Counted from the stretch's first letter, positions 29,301-40,015 are shown. The stretch: DNA of 64,000 nucleotides from an uncultured Bdellovibrio sp. (GCA_963932905.1 CAWVRN010000012.1:1-64000), one strand, 5' to 3'. Made by a program: numbers and translations. The notes: generated by a model not told the origin, from the sequence alone.

Positions 29301-29999
29301 ATGAGCAAAATTCCTGCGGCAATTAAAGCTGTCGATAAAAATGGGGCCTTATTAGTATTTCCACATAATAACAAACCGACTCCGAAATCAATTTGGTCAG
29401 AGTTCTACCCACGAACAAAATTGAAGTGGGAATGGGATGATCACGGTGATCAGAAAGTTTTTAAAATGTGGCAGCTGATGAAAGAACTTTCAACCAACAA
29501 AGACGTTGTTTATTCAAAATGGCTCGGCGGTAGGGCGACTTTTTTTTCGCGTGATTTATTTGTAGCGATGCTTGCTCTGTATAAAAATACCGGCGGTTTA
29601 ACTTTTAAGTTATCTGCAGAAGCAAAGGCACTATTAAGCGAACTGGAAAGTGATTCACCGTTATCGACTCGAGATTTGAAAAAATTGACGGGATTGCAGG
29701 GTAAGGATAACGAAAGTGCCTACAGTCGTGGGATGAAAGAGTTATTCGCAAGATTGCTTATCGTTGGTTTTGGTGAAGTCGAAGATGGTGCGTTCCCGTC
29801 GTTGGCGGTGGGAGCGACTCGGCATATTTACGAAGACCTGTGGCTGGAATCGGGTGAACTTGACGTAAAAATAGCGCAAAAACGCGTTGATCAATGGATT
29901 CCTAAAGGCACCGAGTTTCGCAAATATTTCGATCGCATCATGACTGGCTTGCAAAATCAAACTTCAGTATCTGTCCGATCAAAGTTATCGGAAGACTAA
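29301..29999 (+). CDS. Winged-helix hypothetical protein (AlkZ-related-like)
   Basis: VVYSKWLGGRATFFS; SPLSTRDLKK. Confidence 0.55.
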   Translation: MSKIPAAIKAVDKNGALLVFPHNNKPTPKSIWSEFYPRTKLKWEWDDHGDQKVFKMWQLMKELSTNKDVVYSKWLGGRATFFSRDLFVAMLALYKNTGGLTFKLSAEAKALLSELESDSPLSTRDLKKLTGLQGKDNESAYSRGMKELFARLLIVGFGEVEDGAFPSLAVGATRHIYEDLWLESGELDVKIAQKRVDQWIPKGTEFRKYFDRIMTGLQNQTSVSVRSKLSED

Positions 30000-30822
30000 G
30001 GTGGCCCTGGTTTTTAACTAAAGTCATTTTTCCGTTTGGAAATAGTGGCGCCATAGATTCAGAAATTTTATAAGAAATTACATTGTCCATGTCACCGTGC
30101 CAGAAATGGACAGGTATTTTCAGGTTTCCAGCGCCTGCCGACCAATTGGCAAGAAATGCAATAGTATCTTGTTTCGGACCAAGAAAACCATGCTCCAATG
30201 CTTCGCTTAAGCTTTGGTTTAATGAGTCACGAACGTGCTTGTTAAGTCCCAGTTCATAATCGGCTTTTGAAGGTGGCAGAAAGAAATCGATGACGGGATT
30301 TCGTTTGCCTGATTTTATCTGAAGTGCATTTTTGATAACTTTCGCCGGAACAAAAGGTAAAACTTTAAGGCCGAAAATGGATACGATGGGAAAGTTTTTG
30401 CGAACCGAGTTCACTGTTAAATCACCTAATCCAGAAATGATTCTTATGCCCGTTACAGTTTTTGGGTATTGTGTAGCCAATGCCACTCCAAAAGGGGTCC
30501 CTCCGCTGACTGTGACTATTTCAAACTGATTCCAAGATAACGCAGAAATTATTTCCATAGCGATCTTCACGGTGACATCCAATGAGTCGACTGTTTTTAT
30601 TTCTGTATGGTGATAGCCTGGGCGATCAAAACAAACCACGTCTAAATCTTGTGATTGTAGTTCTGGTTTAAAAATATCGATTTGGCAGCTGGAGCCTGGA
30701 AAACCGTGAAAGAACAAGATCTTTCTTTGGCCATATCCCGTGCGCCGATAAGAGACGTTACCGTAAGATGTCTTTGCTACTTGATAGGGCATGTGTGAAA
30801 TCGTCGGATCAATTGGAAGCAA
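29938..30822 (-). CDS. Alpha/beta hydrolase
   Basis: FHGFPGS; DRPGY; VSGG; WHGDMD; GHLS. Start may be the ATG at 30792. Confidence 0.9.
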   Translation of the reverse strand: MLPIDPTISHMPYQVAKTSYGNVSYRRTGYGQRKILFFHGFPGSSCQIDIFKPELQSQDLDVVCFDRPGYHHTEIKTVDSLDVTVKIAMEIISALSWNQFEIVTVSGGTPFGVALATQYPKTVTGIRIISGLGDLTVNSVRKNFPIVSIFGLKVLPFVPAKVIKNALQIKSGKRNPVIDFFLPPSKADYELGLNKHVRDSLNQSLSEALEHGFLGPKQDTIAFLANWSAGAGNLKIPVHFWHGDMDNVISYKISESMAPLFPNGKMTLVKNQGHLSLPITLIGQILKFDFASQS

Positions 30823-30958
30823 TGTCCAGTTATGACTTGGTCCTCAAAATAAAATTCGGTCAAAAACACCTCTTAAGCGTATCAATATGGTTATTTTTAC
30901 CTGTATTTTGTTTGTAGTGCGCAGCTGTTTATGTCGAAACATTATTGAGAGAGGTTTT

Positions 30959-31345
30959 ATGAAAAAATACAATTCTTGTATGCTCGTAGATGACGAGGTT
31001 GATTTACTAGAGACCATGAAACTCAGTCTAGAGTGCTTTTTCGAAAAAGTGGATACATGCAGCGATGGTAAAGAAGCATTTGAAATTATTGCTTCACAAA
31101 AATACGATTTCATTGTTTCCGATGTTCAGATGCCTAATATGAAAGGCGATGAATTACTTAAAAATTTGCGCACGATTGGAATCTCGACACCGTTTATCTG
31201 CATCAGCGGAAATGGCAGCAAAGCTCAAGTGTTGGATGCCCAGCGGCAAGGTGGTGCCGACTATATGGATAAGCCATTTGATTTTGATTTACTGATAGAG
31301 AAAATCCAGTCGATGATTGAAGCGCATGCCAAAAAAAAATCATGA
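30959..31345 (+). CDS. Stand-alone response regulator receiver
   Basis: LVDDE; SDVQMP; ISG; KPF. Confidence 0.9.
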   Translation: MKKYNSCMLVDDEVDLLETMKLSLECFFEKVDTCSDGKEAFEIIASQKYDFIVSDVQMPNMKGDELLKNLRTIGISTPFICISGNGSKAQVLDAQRQGGADYMDKPFDFDLLIEKIQSMIEAHAKKKS

Positions 31346-31388
31346 AATATGATTTCATATTCGACCTGATTCTGATAGCGTCCATACT

Positions 31389-32654
31389 ATGTCAGACACA
31401 AATATTCAATATTTAGCGACCTTCTTTTTTGCCGTTTCTATTTTGCATACATTTGCAGTTTCCGTATTTCATAAATTATCTGCGAAGTATCCAAAAGGAT
31501 CGGCACCGGCGGTCTTTTTCCATTTAATGAGTGAGGTCGAAGTCGTCTTTGGCTTTTGGGCGATCATTTTTGTCTTTGGTTATGTTATTTTAAAGGGTTA
31601 TGAATCGGCGTTTGAGTATGCAGCTACGCGTTCCTACAATGAGCCGCTGTTTGTATTTGTGATCATGGTTGTGTGTTCATCAAAGCCAGTTCGTGATTTT
31701 GTAAATCATTTGATTTCTAGTTTGATAAAACTACCATTGCTAAAACCACAGATTATTTTTTTCTATACAGCGTTTGCGATTGCACCGTTATTAGGAAGTT
31801 TTATTACCGAGCCAGCAGCGATGACGATTATTGCGACGCTTGTTTTAAACGCTTTGTTCGAGAGAAATGAAATATCAGAAAAATTCAAGTACGCGATTTT
31901 AGGTTTGTTGTTTGTGAATATTTCTATCGGTGGAACATTGACGCCTTATGCAGCTCCTCCTGTTTTGATGGTTACTGAAAAGTGGGGGTGGGACATGTCA
32001 TTTATGCTGACTCACTTTGGATGGAAAGCGGCCCTTGCGTGTTTTGTTTCAACAATGATTTGTTTTTATCAGTATAGAAAATCTATATTGGCATTGAAAA
32101 TTGGAACGTCGTCAGCACACAAATCGCCAATGTGGGTTCAATTGATATCACTTGTTTTCATTGGCGTTATCGTTCTGTGGCATAAACTACCGATGATTTT
32201 TATTGGTATATTTCTGGCATTCTTGGTTTTTGCGCAGTTCACCCGACGATATCAAGATAGATTGAAAATGAAAGAATCGGGTTTAGTGGGATTCTTCTTG
32301 GCCGGTCTGGTTGTGCTGGGCGGACTGCAAAGTTGGTGGCTAGAGCCAATTATCAGCCGATTAAGTTCGTTATTTTTATATATGAGTGCGATCGCGCTGA
32401 CGGCTGTGACTGACAATGCGGCAATTACCTATTTAGGAACATTAGTTAGTCATCTACCCGACGAATCAAAATATGCGTTAGTCGCAGGTGCTGTGGTAGG
32501 CGGGGGGTTAACCGTGATTGCGAACGCGCCAAATCCAGCTGGTTATGGAATATTGAATTCAAGTTTTGGAGTGACAGGGATTAAGGCTTCAAAGCTGTTC
32601 GTGGCGGCACTGATGCCGACGCTTGTCGCGGCGGCCATATTCTGGTTTCTTTAA
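31389..32654 (+). CDS. Putative Na+/H+ antiporter (DUF1504-like)
   Basis: GSFITEPAAMT; NISIGGTLTPYAAPP; TDNAA; GGGLTVIANAPNPAG. Confidence 0.85.
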   Translation: MSDTNIQYLATFFFAVSILHTFAVSVFHKLSAKYPKGSAPAVFFHLMSEVEVVFGFWAIIFVFGYVILKGYESAFEYAATRSYNEPLFVFVIMVVCSSKPVRDFVNHLISSLIKLPLLKPQIIFFYTAFAIAPLLGSFITEPAAMTIIATLVLNALFERNEISEKFKYAILGLLFVNISIGGTLTPYAAPPVLMVTEKWGWDMSFMLTHFGWKAALACFVSTMICFYQYRKSILALKIGTSSAHKSPMWVQLISLVFIGVIVLWHKLPMIFIGIFLAFLVFAQFTRRYQDRLKMKESGLVGFFLAGLVVLGGLQSWWLEPIISRLSSLFLYMSAIALTAVTDNAAITYLGTLVSHLPDESKYALVAGAVVGGGLTVIANAPNPAGYGILNSSFGVTGIKASKLFVAALMPTLVAAAIFWFL

Positions 32655-33418
32655 TCTAAAGTCAGAATTTCTTTTTCCATCGAATAGATGGATTCTTGTA
32701 AGCGAGTTTTGTTGTTGTTAAGACTTCTAATTTCATTATCCGATTGATTGATTTTTGTACGTAAATCACGTTTTTTATCTTCTGTTGGGTCCGTTTGATT
32801 CGCGTTGGCTGGAGTTGGGCGAACCAATTGAATCGCTTCAACCACTTTTAATTCACCTTCTAAATTTGATTTGCGCAAACTGGATGCATTGATATCTGAA
32901 TTTATTTTTTGAATACGATTTTGGTTCTCTGCCACTGACGCCGTTAGGTATTTCTTGCGGCCTTTGCGATATTCTTTCATGAAGGCTTCTTCTTTTTCTT
33001 TAGGGCAAATTTGATTGTAAGTTCCACCTCCAGATCCAAAAGTAAATCCACTGGATGGTTCGCAGAATGCTTGTACACCTTCATTGTGCTTGGCAGTTAA
33101 AAGTTTAACTTGTCCAGGGTCGCAAAATTCTGAATTGAAAAACTGACCTTTCTTGCCGCTGGCATAAACGATTTCTGGTTTGCAGTAATTTGACATTCCA
33201 GATTTAAAACCAAGGTCAAGTTGTGATTCTTGGATTTCTGCTTCGACTTTACGGCACTCATTCAGGTAATTATCGCTGTTCAGACGTTTGCCAGTCATCG
33301 CGATTTGGTAGCCGTAATCAAACCAATTTTTCCTCTCGCAATCTTTGCGAGTGAAATAGGAAGCACACGAACATAAAACAAAAGAAACAGACAAAAGAAT
33401 AGTAAATTTCAAATTCAT
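32651..33418 (-). CDS. DUF2799-like lipoprotein with C-terminal coiled coil
   Basis: Lipobox CSC; C...W..YG...A..G and G...YC repeats. Confidence 0.75.
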   Translation of the reverse strand: MNLKFTILLSVSFVLCSCASYFTRKDCERKNWFDYGYQIAMTGKRLNSDNYLNECRKVEAEIQESQLDLGFKSGMSNYCKPEIVYASGKKGQFFNSEFCDPGQVKLLTAKHNEGVQAFCEPSSGFTFGSGGGTYNQICPKEKEEAFMKEYRKGRKKYLTASVAENQNRIQKINSDINASSLRKSNLEGELKVVEAIQLVRPTPANANQTDPTEDKKRDLRTKINQSDNEIRSLNNNKTRLQESIYSMEKEILTLD

Positions 33419-33590
33419 AAGCTCACTTCTTTGCGAAATAAAGTACAGTTTGCTTATAAGTGTATTCTAGAATTGATTGAAAGGAACACGATTAACTTTC
33501 AGCATTACGAACGGTGTGAAATAATTTAACTCCGACAGAAATCTCACCCTAAGTCTGGGTCTTAATTTTCAGGTTTTGGGCTAATTAGAC

Positions 33591-33618
33591 TAGAACTGTG
33601 TCCGTCGTCCGCCGATAA
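33591..33618 (+). promoter_or_regulatory. sigma28 (FliA)-like promoter
   Basis: TAGA (33591-94)-N16-GCCGATAA (33611-18); perfect -10, imperfect -35 and spacing. Confidence 0.5.
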
Positions 33619-33622
33619 TAAA

Positions 33623-34714
33623 ATGATGCGTCTATATTTCATATTGCCTGTTCTATTTTTTAATATCTCGCTACTGGCTGAGGGCAATCAATGTCTAGAT
33701 GGTTCTCCGAATAATCAAAAATTTAGACGCATTTTAGAATCTTCAAACTACTTCTTGGTTAAAGAATTTCGAGCCAAAGGTTTGTTCAAACCAACGGAAG
33801 GTGGAATCGGTTGTAGGGACTGTTCTACCGTTGCTCAACGTCTGGGATTGCCTGAAAAATTAACGGAAATTCCCAAAGAGTGTATTCAGGCTTCATTGAA
33901 ACGCAAAGTCGCGCAGAGTAGTATCGAGTGCAATCGTACGCCGGCTGGAAATTGGACGTACACGTCGCATTCAGCACGTTCTAAAAATACACCGTGCATT
34001 GATGATTCCAGCGTGGATTATATTCATTTTGTGACGAATAAGGTAATTTCATGTTTCCAAGGTCTGCCCATGAAAAACGGAGTTAAAGAATCCATTGATC
34101 CCAAAGTTTTGTATTCTAAACTAAACAACGAAAGTAGTTTCAATTTCACCTATTCGTATAGTGGCGGTGTGGGTGCGGGACAATTAACAGGCTGGGCCGT
34201 TCAAGAGATGAACGTGCTTGATCCGCGTCGCACGGGTGGAAAAACGGTTAAGGGTAACGGCCGTTTTATCTTGGATGAAATTTTAAATTCATCCAACCCA
34301 GAGTGTGGTGGATTGAAACCGGTCATCGAGAATGATTTAAAATTTAAATATCATTCGCCTAGAAAAATTAACTGCGAGTGGGTCTCAATGGAAAATGGGT
34401 TAGCTAGAAATCTAATTTATTCCATTGGCTATTTTTCTTATTTAAAGCATCAGATCATTGGCAAAGAATTAAAAAAACGTGCGCCTAATGCGTATAATGA
34501 TCCTGAATTGCTAAATTTGTTAACTTTAGTTGGATACGGGCCTAAAGGTGCTAATCGCGCGTTAACGTTGATTCGTACGCTACGAATTGGGGCGCCTCCA
34601 TTTTCTAACGAATATTTCAAACAACAACTAAGAAAAGAAGCTTATTTGTCAAACACAGCCTCGAAAATGGCAGAAGTGAAAAAAATCGCGGGGGGCCAAT
34701 GTCGACTTTTATAA
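33623..34714 (+). CDS. Secreted Cys-rich protein with lytic-transglycosylase-like motif
   Basis: Signal peptide; NNESSFN...GVGAGQLT; later GYG.KG. Confidence 0.6.
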   Translation: MMRLYFILPVLFFNISLLAEGNQCLDGSPNNQKFRRILESSNYFLVKEFRAKGLFKPTEGGIGCRDCSTVAQRLGLPEKLTEIPKECIQASLKRKVAQSSIECNRTPAGNWTYTSHSARSKNTPCIDDSSVDYIHFVTNKVISCFQGLPMKNGVKESIDPKVLYSKLNNESSFNFTYSYSGGVGAGQLTGWAVQEMNVLDPRRTGGKTVKGNGRFILDEILNSSNPECGGLKPVIENDLKFKYHSPRKINCEWVSMENGLARNLIYSIGYFSYLKHQIIGKELKKRAPNAYNDPELLNLLTLVGYGPKGANRALTLIRTLRIGAPPFSNEYFKQQLRKEAYLSNTASKMAEVKKIAGGQCRLL

Positions 34715-35097
34715 AGACTTTTATTTTGGCGGTGTTCGCTATTTCTGCGGTGTTCGCAAATTCGATGGAAGGCAAGCTTGATCTTGTGGCGGCTGAAAAA
34801 GCGCAGCTGGCAAAGTTAGCAGAGCGTACAGATTTGACGGTAAAAGAATGGCTTCAATTTGTTGATCAAGTTGATGCAAAATGCACAGCGGAACAGAACC
34901 CAGAAAAACAAACACAAATGTGTTCATTCTATTATCAAATTTATAAAATTGGTGAATTATTCAGCGAAACTCAGCCATCTGGTCCTAATTGGGAACAGTG
35001 TCTACGGGCGGGTGTTACATCCGATAGTTTGTCGACGAACGAATCAGTCAGAACTCATGTGAACAGGATTGCGAATAAGTTATGTCCAAAAAAATAA
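34699..35097 (+). CDS. Small secreted four-Cys hypothetical protein
   Basis: Signal peptide (VFA); overlaps both neighbours. Confidence 0.7.
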   Translation: MSTFIKTFILAVFAISAVFANSMEGKLDLVAAEKAQLAKLAERTDLTVKEWLQFVDQVDAKCTAEQNPEKQTQMCSFYYQIYKIGELFSETQPSGPNWEQCLRAGVTSDSLSTNESVRTHVNRIANKLCPKK

Positions 35098-36272
35098 TTC
35101 AATCGCTTCTTGCGATCACTCTTTTTATGACCGTGTCGTGTTCGCAAAATGCGATGCATACGTTAGGAGCCAACGATACTGATACGTCAAAATTGGCTCC
35201 GCCAGAAGAGGACGGCGATTCAGAATTTCATCCGCCACCCGAAGACGATGGCCCGAGTCAAGCGACTCCGGTAATTGTCAGTCCGACTCCAAATTTTTGT
35301 TCAAAGTTAGATCTAGCTGGCGTGACGTGGCCAATCGAATTAGCCTCCGCAGGGCAGGCCCATTTAGCTTTAGCTTTAAATATCACCGGCAGTTTCGAAG
35401 GCCGCAGTGGTTGGGCGAACTTAAGCAATAACTTTGATGGGATGGGTTTTAGTATCGGTTTATTGCAACAAAACTTGGGCATGGGGTCGATGCAGCCTTT
35501 ATTGAATGAATTGATCACAGCTAAGGGACAAGGTGCCAACGTTGGTATGGATGAGGCCCACTATGTGGCTTTAAAATCCATGGTCAGTCAGTGGAACAAA
35601 GATCAAGCAGCCAAAGCCTCATCGGCTTCATTTATCTCGGAATCAGCTGGCAGCGAGGATTCTCCGTTTTTAAATGATAACGTGAATATTTCTCGGTACG
35701 ATGTGGATTATGACGCACCAGTTTCAGAAGTATCTAATGAAATCATACCTCTAAGCGACACGCTTTCGGCGAAGAGCGTCGCTACCGCGAATAAAAACTC
35801 GGTGAGTTGGGCGTTAAAAAATATTTATTCTGATCGTGGTAAGACATTTAAATCGGATTGGAACGAAAACTTAACGAACATGGCGCAATCAAAGCCCTAT
35901 GTAAGTTTGCAATTAAAGTACGCGATGAAGCTATACAATCAGGCATTTCGATACTTTCAATCCTTTAAATTAGGCACTTTAAGCAGTTTCCTGCTGATGT
36001 TCGATTTCGTAGTACAAAATGGTGGTTTTAAGCAGCGTGTATTTGATGATTATGCGTTGAAATTAAAGGCGCAACCGAATATGAGTGAGCAAGACAAAGC
36101 ACTTCTGATATTACAACTACGTCTTCGTGATGTTTCAGTCCGGTGGCAAAATGACGTCAGTGCCAGAAAAAAAACGATTATTTTTTCTGAAGGCACTGTA
36201 CATGGGGCCAAAAGGAATCTGAAATCGGAGTATTGTTATACGCCGAGCTCACCTGTCCTAACGCAACCTTAA
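35082..36272 (+). CDS. Lipoprotein with lysozyme/chitosanase-like domain
   Basis: Lipobox VSC; ITGSFEG...NFDGMGFSIGLLQ; FDFVVQNGG. Confidence 0.65.
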   Translation: MSKKIIQSLLAITLFMTVSCSQNAMHTLGANDTDTSKLAPPEEDGDSEFHPPPEDDGPSQATPVIVSPTPNFCSKLDLAGVTWPIELASAGQAHLALALNITGSFEGRSGWANLSNNFDGMGFSIGLLQQNLGMGSMQPLLNELITAKGQGANVGMDEAHYVALKSMVSQWNKDQAAKASSASFISESAGSEDSPFLNDNVNISRYDVDYDAPVSEVSNEIIPLSDTLSAKSVATANKNSVSWALKNIYSDRGKTFKSDWNENLTNMAQSKPYVSLQLKYAMKLYNQAFRYFQSFKLGTLSSFLLMFDFVVQNGGFKQRVFDDYALKLKAQPNMSEQDKALLILQLRLRDVSVRWQNDVSARKKTIIFSEGTVHGAKRNLKSEYCYTPSSPVLTQP

Positions 36273-36432
36273 CATACTCACACAGTCGATAAATTTTTTT
36301 CAGTTATTAAATTAATTTCGTTCTCTTTTAAAATCTTTTCGGTATAACCATCTCAACTTTTCAAAGCACATGCGAATTGTGACGTGCATACTTCATCGAA
36401 GTGGCAACGTTGCAGGGACCAAGGGGGAACGA

Positions 36433-37620
36433 ATGTACTTTAACCATCGAGCGACTTATTTGGCTCTAACTCTGACACTGTTTTTGTCAGCAGTTTTTCA
36501 AGCCAAAGCTCAAAGCTCTTCGACACTTTCTGTGTCGCCAAATCTTTCAGCTCCGAAAGATGAAGAAGAAAAACCATATAAACCAACAGGCAAAGTTGCG
36601 TTTACTTTGTATAGCCGGCAAACGGAAGACTCTTTTTCTCGCAGTCATCAAGGCACAATTATAATTAACCCTGATTTTTCTGCCAAGTATGGTGATTATA
36701 TTTCATTGAATCTTGAATTGGCGGGGTTATTCGGTTCCGGAAATGCGAGTAATTTTTGGACAGATGATGGGAAGGCGCCGAACTCAATTTTGCTCCACGA
36801 AGCTGCAGCAAAATTAAATTTACACAAAAATGTTTATATTAAAGCTGGCGCATTGAAAGCGACGTTGAATCCGTTAGTGTCCATCATGCCTGTTACTTTT
36901 GGTGGCGCATTCATGGCGACACAGGAAGAATGGAAAATCGGGGCCGATGACTCGAACATTTCTATAAGTGCCTTTCAAGGGATTCCTTCGTCAGGTACAG
37001 TCACAAAACGTATTTATGATGACGGTACTCAAGCTTATTTTCTGACCCAAACTTTAGCCGGAATGTTAAAGGTGAACACCGGGACGGAATTGAAAGTTGC
37101 AGCGACACGTTTTCAATTTGAAAACCTATCAACAAACGTAGCCACGGATTCTTATTTCTTGGGAAACTCGCTGTCTTCATTTGAAGGCAGTTCGAAATCA
37201 TTCCGTTTCCGCAATGGTTTTATGGGAACAGAGTCGGGCGCAACGGTAAAACAAGAAATTGGTAAACACGAAGTGTTCGCGTTCGTTTCAACAATCATCA
37301 ATGATCAAGCCGCTGAAGGTAAAAACAAAGGTAGGATGGTTGGCGGCAGCGTTAAAGCTGTATTCGGTAATTACATCGTTCGTCCTTCTTACACTCGATT
37401 TAACTACGATGCGGATGTGACTCCGGCAGTATACACAACAATGACTAGTCGTTTTCAAAATCGTGATGGTTACCGCGTGGGTATCGATATCGAATTGAAA
37501 AAAGAAAGACTCGCTTTAAAAAATTACTACATCAAAATGGATTTAAAAGATGCAAATCCATACCTTGCTGATCGTGAAATCTACAACATAGCTGTGGAGG
37601 CTAAGTATGACATTTTCTAA
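36433..37620 (+). CDS. Outer-membrane beta-barrel (porin-like) protein
   Basis: SD aggggg; signal peptide; amphipathic strands; C-terminal AKYDIF beta-signal. Confidence 0.7.
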   Translation: MYFNHRATYLALTLTLFLSAVFQAKAQSSSTLSVSPNLSAPKDEEEKPYKPTGKVAFTLYSRQTEDSFSRSHQGTIIINPDFSAKYGDYISLNLELAGLFGSGNASNFWTDDGKAPNSILLHEAAAKLNLHKNVYIKAGALKATLNPLVSIMPVTFGGAFMATQEEWKIGADDSNISISAFQGIPSSGTVTKRIYDDGTQAYFLTQTLAGMLKVNTGTELKVAATRFQFENLSTNVATDSYFLGNSLSSFEGSSKSFRFRNGFMGTESGATVKQEIGKHEVFAFVSTIINDQAAEGKNKGRMVGGSVKAVFGNYIVRPSYTRFNYDADVTPAVYTTMTSRFQNRDGYRVGIDIELKKERLALKNYYIKMDLKDANPYLADREIYNIAVEAKYDIF

Positions 37621-40015
37621 ACAAGCATTAACATTCGCTTTGGCCCTAGTATTGGGTGCCGTAGTTAGTTGTGGAAAACGTGATGATCATATGCGTACTT
37701 CTGATCCGGATTCAGATGCGACTTTCTACGTAGATAAAGACGTAAAAATTTGGGGCAAAGTGATCGTTACTCGTGACGTTCAACAAAAACCCAATCAAAA
37801 AGATTATAAAATCCAAGCATGTATCAAAGATAACGCGTTACTTGCGATTGTGCAGTTCCAAGACTTCAAAGTGATTGCAGCTGACGGACAAGAGATGGTG
37901 AAAACAACGGACAAATTTGGTTGCATCATTTGGGACGAACAAATTCGTTACGATGCTTTAGCAAACGAAGCAGAATTATTGGTGCATCGTAAAGTGCAAG
38001 CCATCAGTGGTCATGCCGGCACAGTGACTTTGGATTTAGCAATCAATCCTTGGGCATCTGAAGACTCTTTGACCGTGACTGATTTACGTTATGATGAAGC
38101 CTTAAAAGCAAAAACTACAGCGGATGCAGTTTCTTATTCGATGACCCAGTTTCAATCGGATGAAACTCATTCAAGCCCAGCGTTTTCGATGGAAGTTAAC
38201 AAAACGCGCGTAGCGGAAGCGATCGCAAGTCAAAAGAACAAGAAATCGACTGCCGTTGGTCCTGAAACAAGAATGCGTTTAGACGCGATCCAAATGCAAT
38301 TCTTAGGTCATGATTACAGTCAGTACGAAATCACTCCGACATTGAATTTGAAAGTGGCTCATAAATACAGAATTCGTATCAGTCCTCAGTTCATTCGTGA
38401 GAATTTCAATGGAAAGCAAATCTTTGAAACTATTGCCAGCGGTAATGTTAAATTCCACGTAGCGATCTTGAAAGACACAGTAAATCCTAAAGCAGGAACG
38501 ACTTACCAAATGGGTGACGTTCTTTCGACATCAGAATTTGTCGGTGAAATGATCGACGGCGTGATGGTGGCCGACGTGACTTTGAAATTCCAAGACTTGG
38601 CTCCGTTAACTGGACGAACGATCTTGTTAATGACGGCGTCGTCATTACCTGGCTACATTCAATTCCGCGATGGCAGCTATATTTCTCCGGTGGGTCCATT
38701 AGTGGCGGCGTCTTCAATTTCGTTTGTTCCAAGTAACTGGAGCGCCGAAGTGATTCACGAAAATAACGTGAAGTACCTAGCTCAAAAAGAAAATCGATCT
38801 AAATCTGTTTCTAATTATGACTACTTCAAACAAAAAACTGGTTTCGTAGAAGTGCCACGCAAAATTGATTTAGCTTATGTTGGACGTTCTACATCGTCTT
38901 TCACGGCTCACTATACAGAAATGATGACGTCGCTTGAAAAGAACGACATGAAGTTATCACAAGCGACTCAAGCCGCGATTTGTTCATACTTGACTCAAGA
39001 GCGGGCTCGCGGCGTTCGTGTGTGCGATTCTAAAGCGATTGATTTGATGAACTTCCGTATGCGTGAAATCGTTGAAGAGATCACAAATCCCGTTCCTCAG
39101 CGCGAAGGTATCACGTTAAATGAAGATCTAACGATCAATATGAATTACTTGATCTCTCAAGAGCAAATCAAAGGTAAAGCTCAATCGGCACGAGCGGGTT
39201 GGAATGCGGGCTTAACGGCTGGTATGACTGCCGGTTTAAATGCCGGTTTAGATTTAGATTTGTTGAACAAGTTACAAGATGGTCAAGTTCCTGGATTTAA
39301 ATTGCTGTCGTGGATTTCAAAAATGCTTGGTAACACGGCTCCAGGTAAACCAATCCCAGTAGATCCTAAAGATCCAAATGGTCCAACAATACCAGGCGAC
39401 CCAGTTGTTGTTCCGCCAAAAAGCACATTCGGTACGAAATTAGGAGCGAACTTAGGTGGTAACATCGGCGGCATGGCGACGTACAATAACGATTTGTTCA
39501 CTTGGAATTTAAGTGATTCAAGACGCGAAACAGGTTCGATCACAACGTCTGTGAAATTTGGAGCGAATGCCGAAATGAAAATTTTCAGTTTCCAAGGCAA
39601 ATTCCGCAAATGCTGGCTTGCTAACTTAAGCGCTCCTCTGAAAGACCAAATTGCGAAACAAGCAGGCAAAGACTTTGCGGCACTTAATTTACCAAAAGGT
39701 GTAGTGGCGTGCTTGCCGAAAATCTCTGAAGGCAAACGCAACGAAATGTTCGTATTAGTGAATTCGATCACAGGTATCGCCAATTCGCCGCTAACAGACT
39801 CATTGGCTAGCAGTGAAGCCCCACTACGAATGTTCTTCCGTGGTCCAATGGGCTACCCAGTTTTCAAACACCTAGTCATGGAAAAGAAAATGGAAGTCAG
39901 CTTCAACAAATTCCCGGTTGAAAAACTAGTCAGCGAAGTTCAATCACTGAAAAACGAAGGCGATATGTTCTTGAATCAGGAATTTCCTGGTGTGTTGAAC
40001 AACGTGATTCAATAG
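37607..40015 (+). CDS. Large beta-rich lipoprotein of unknown function
   Basis: Lipobox VSC; 802 aa; Gly-rich repeat segment and Pro-rich loop. Confidence 0.8.
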   Translation: MTFSKQALTFALALVLGAVVSCGKRDDHMRTSDPDSDATFYVDKDVKIWGKVIVTRDVQQKPNQKDYKIQACIKDNALLAIVQFQDFKVIAADGQEMVKTTDKFGCIIWDEQIRYDALANEAELLVHRKVQAISGHAGTVTLDLAINPWASEDSLTVTDLRYDEALKAKTTADAVSYSMTQFQSDETHSSPAFSMEVNKTRVAEAIASQKNKKSTAVGPETRMRLDAIQMQFLGHDYSQYEITPTLNLKVAHKYRIRISPQFIRENFNGKQIFETIASGNVKFHVAILKDTVNPKAGTTYQMGDVLSTSEFVGEMIDGVMVADVTLKFQDLAPLTGRTILLMTASSLPGYIQFRDGSYISPVGPLVAASSISFVPSNWSAEVIHENNVKYLAQKENRSKSVSNYDYFKQKTGFVEVPRKIDLAYVGRSTSSFTAHYTEMMTSLEKNDMKLSQATQAAICSYLTQERARGVRVCDSKAIDLMNFRMREIVEEITNPVPQREGITLNEDLTINMNYLISQEQIKGKAQSARAGWNAGLTAGMTAGLNAGLDLDLLNKLQDGQVPGFKLLSWISKMLGNTAPGKPIPVDPKDPNGPTIPGDPVVVPPKSTFGTKLGANLGGNIGGMATYNNDLFTWNLSDSRRETGSITTSVKFGANAEMKIFSFQGKFRKCWLANLSAPLKDQIAKQAGKDFAALNLPKGVVACLPKISEGKRNEMFVLVNSITGIANSPLTDSLASSEAPLRMFFRGPMGYPVFKHLVMEKKMEVSFNKFPVEKLVSEVQSLKNEGDMFLNQEFPGVLNNVIQ

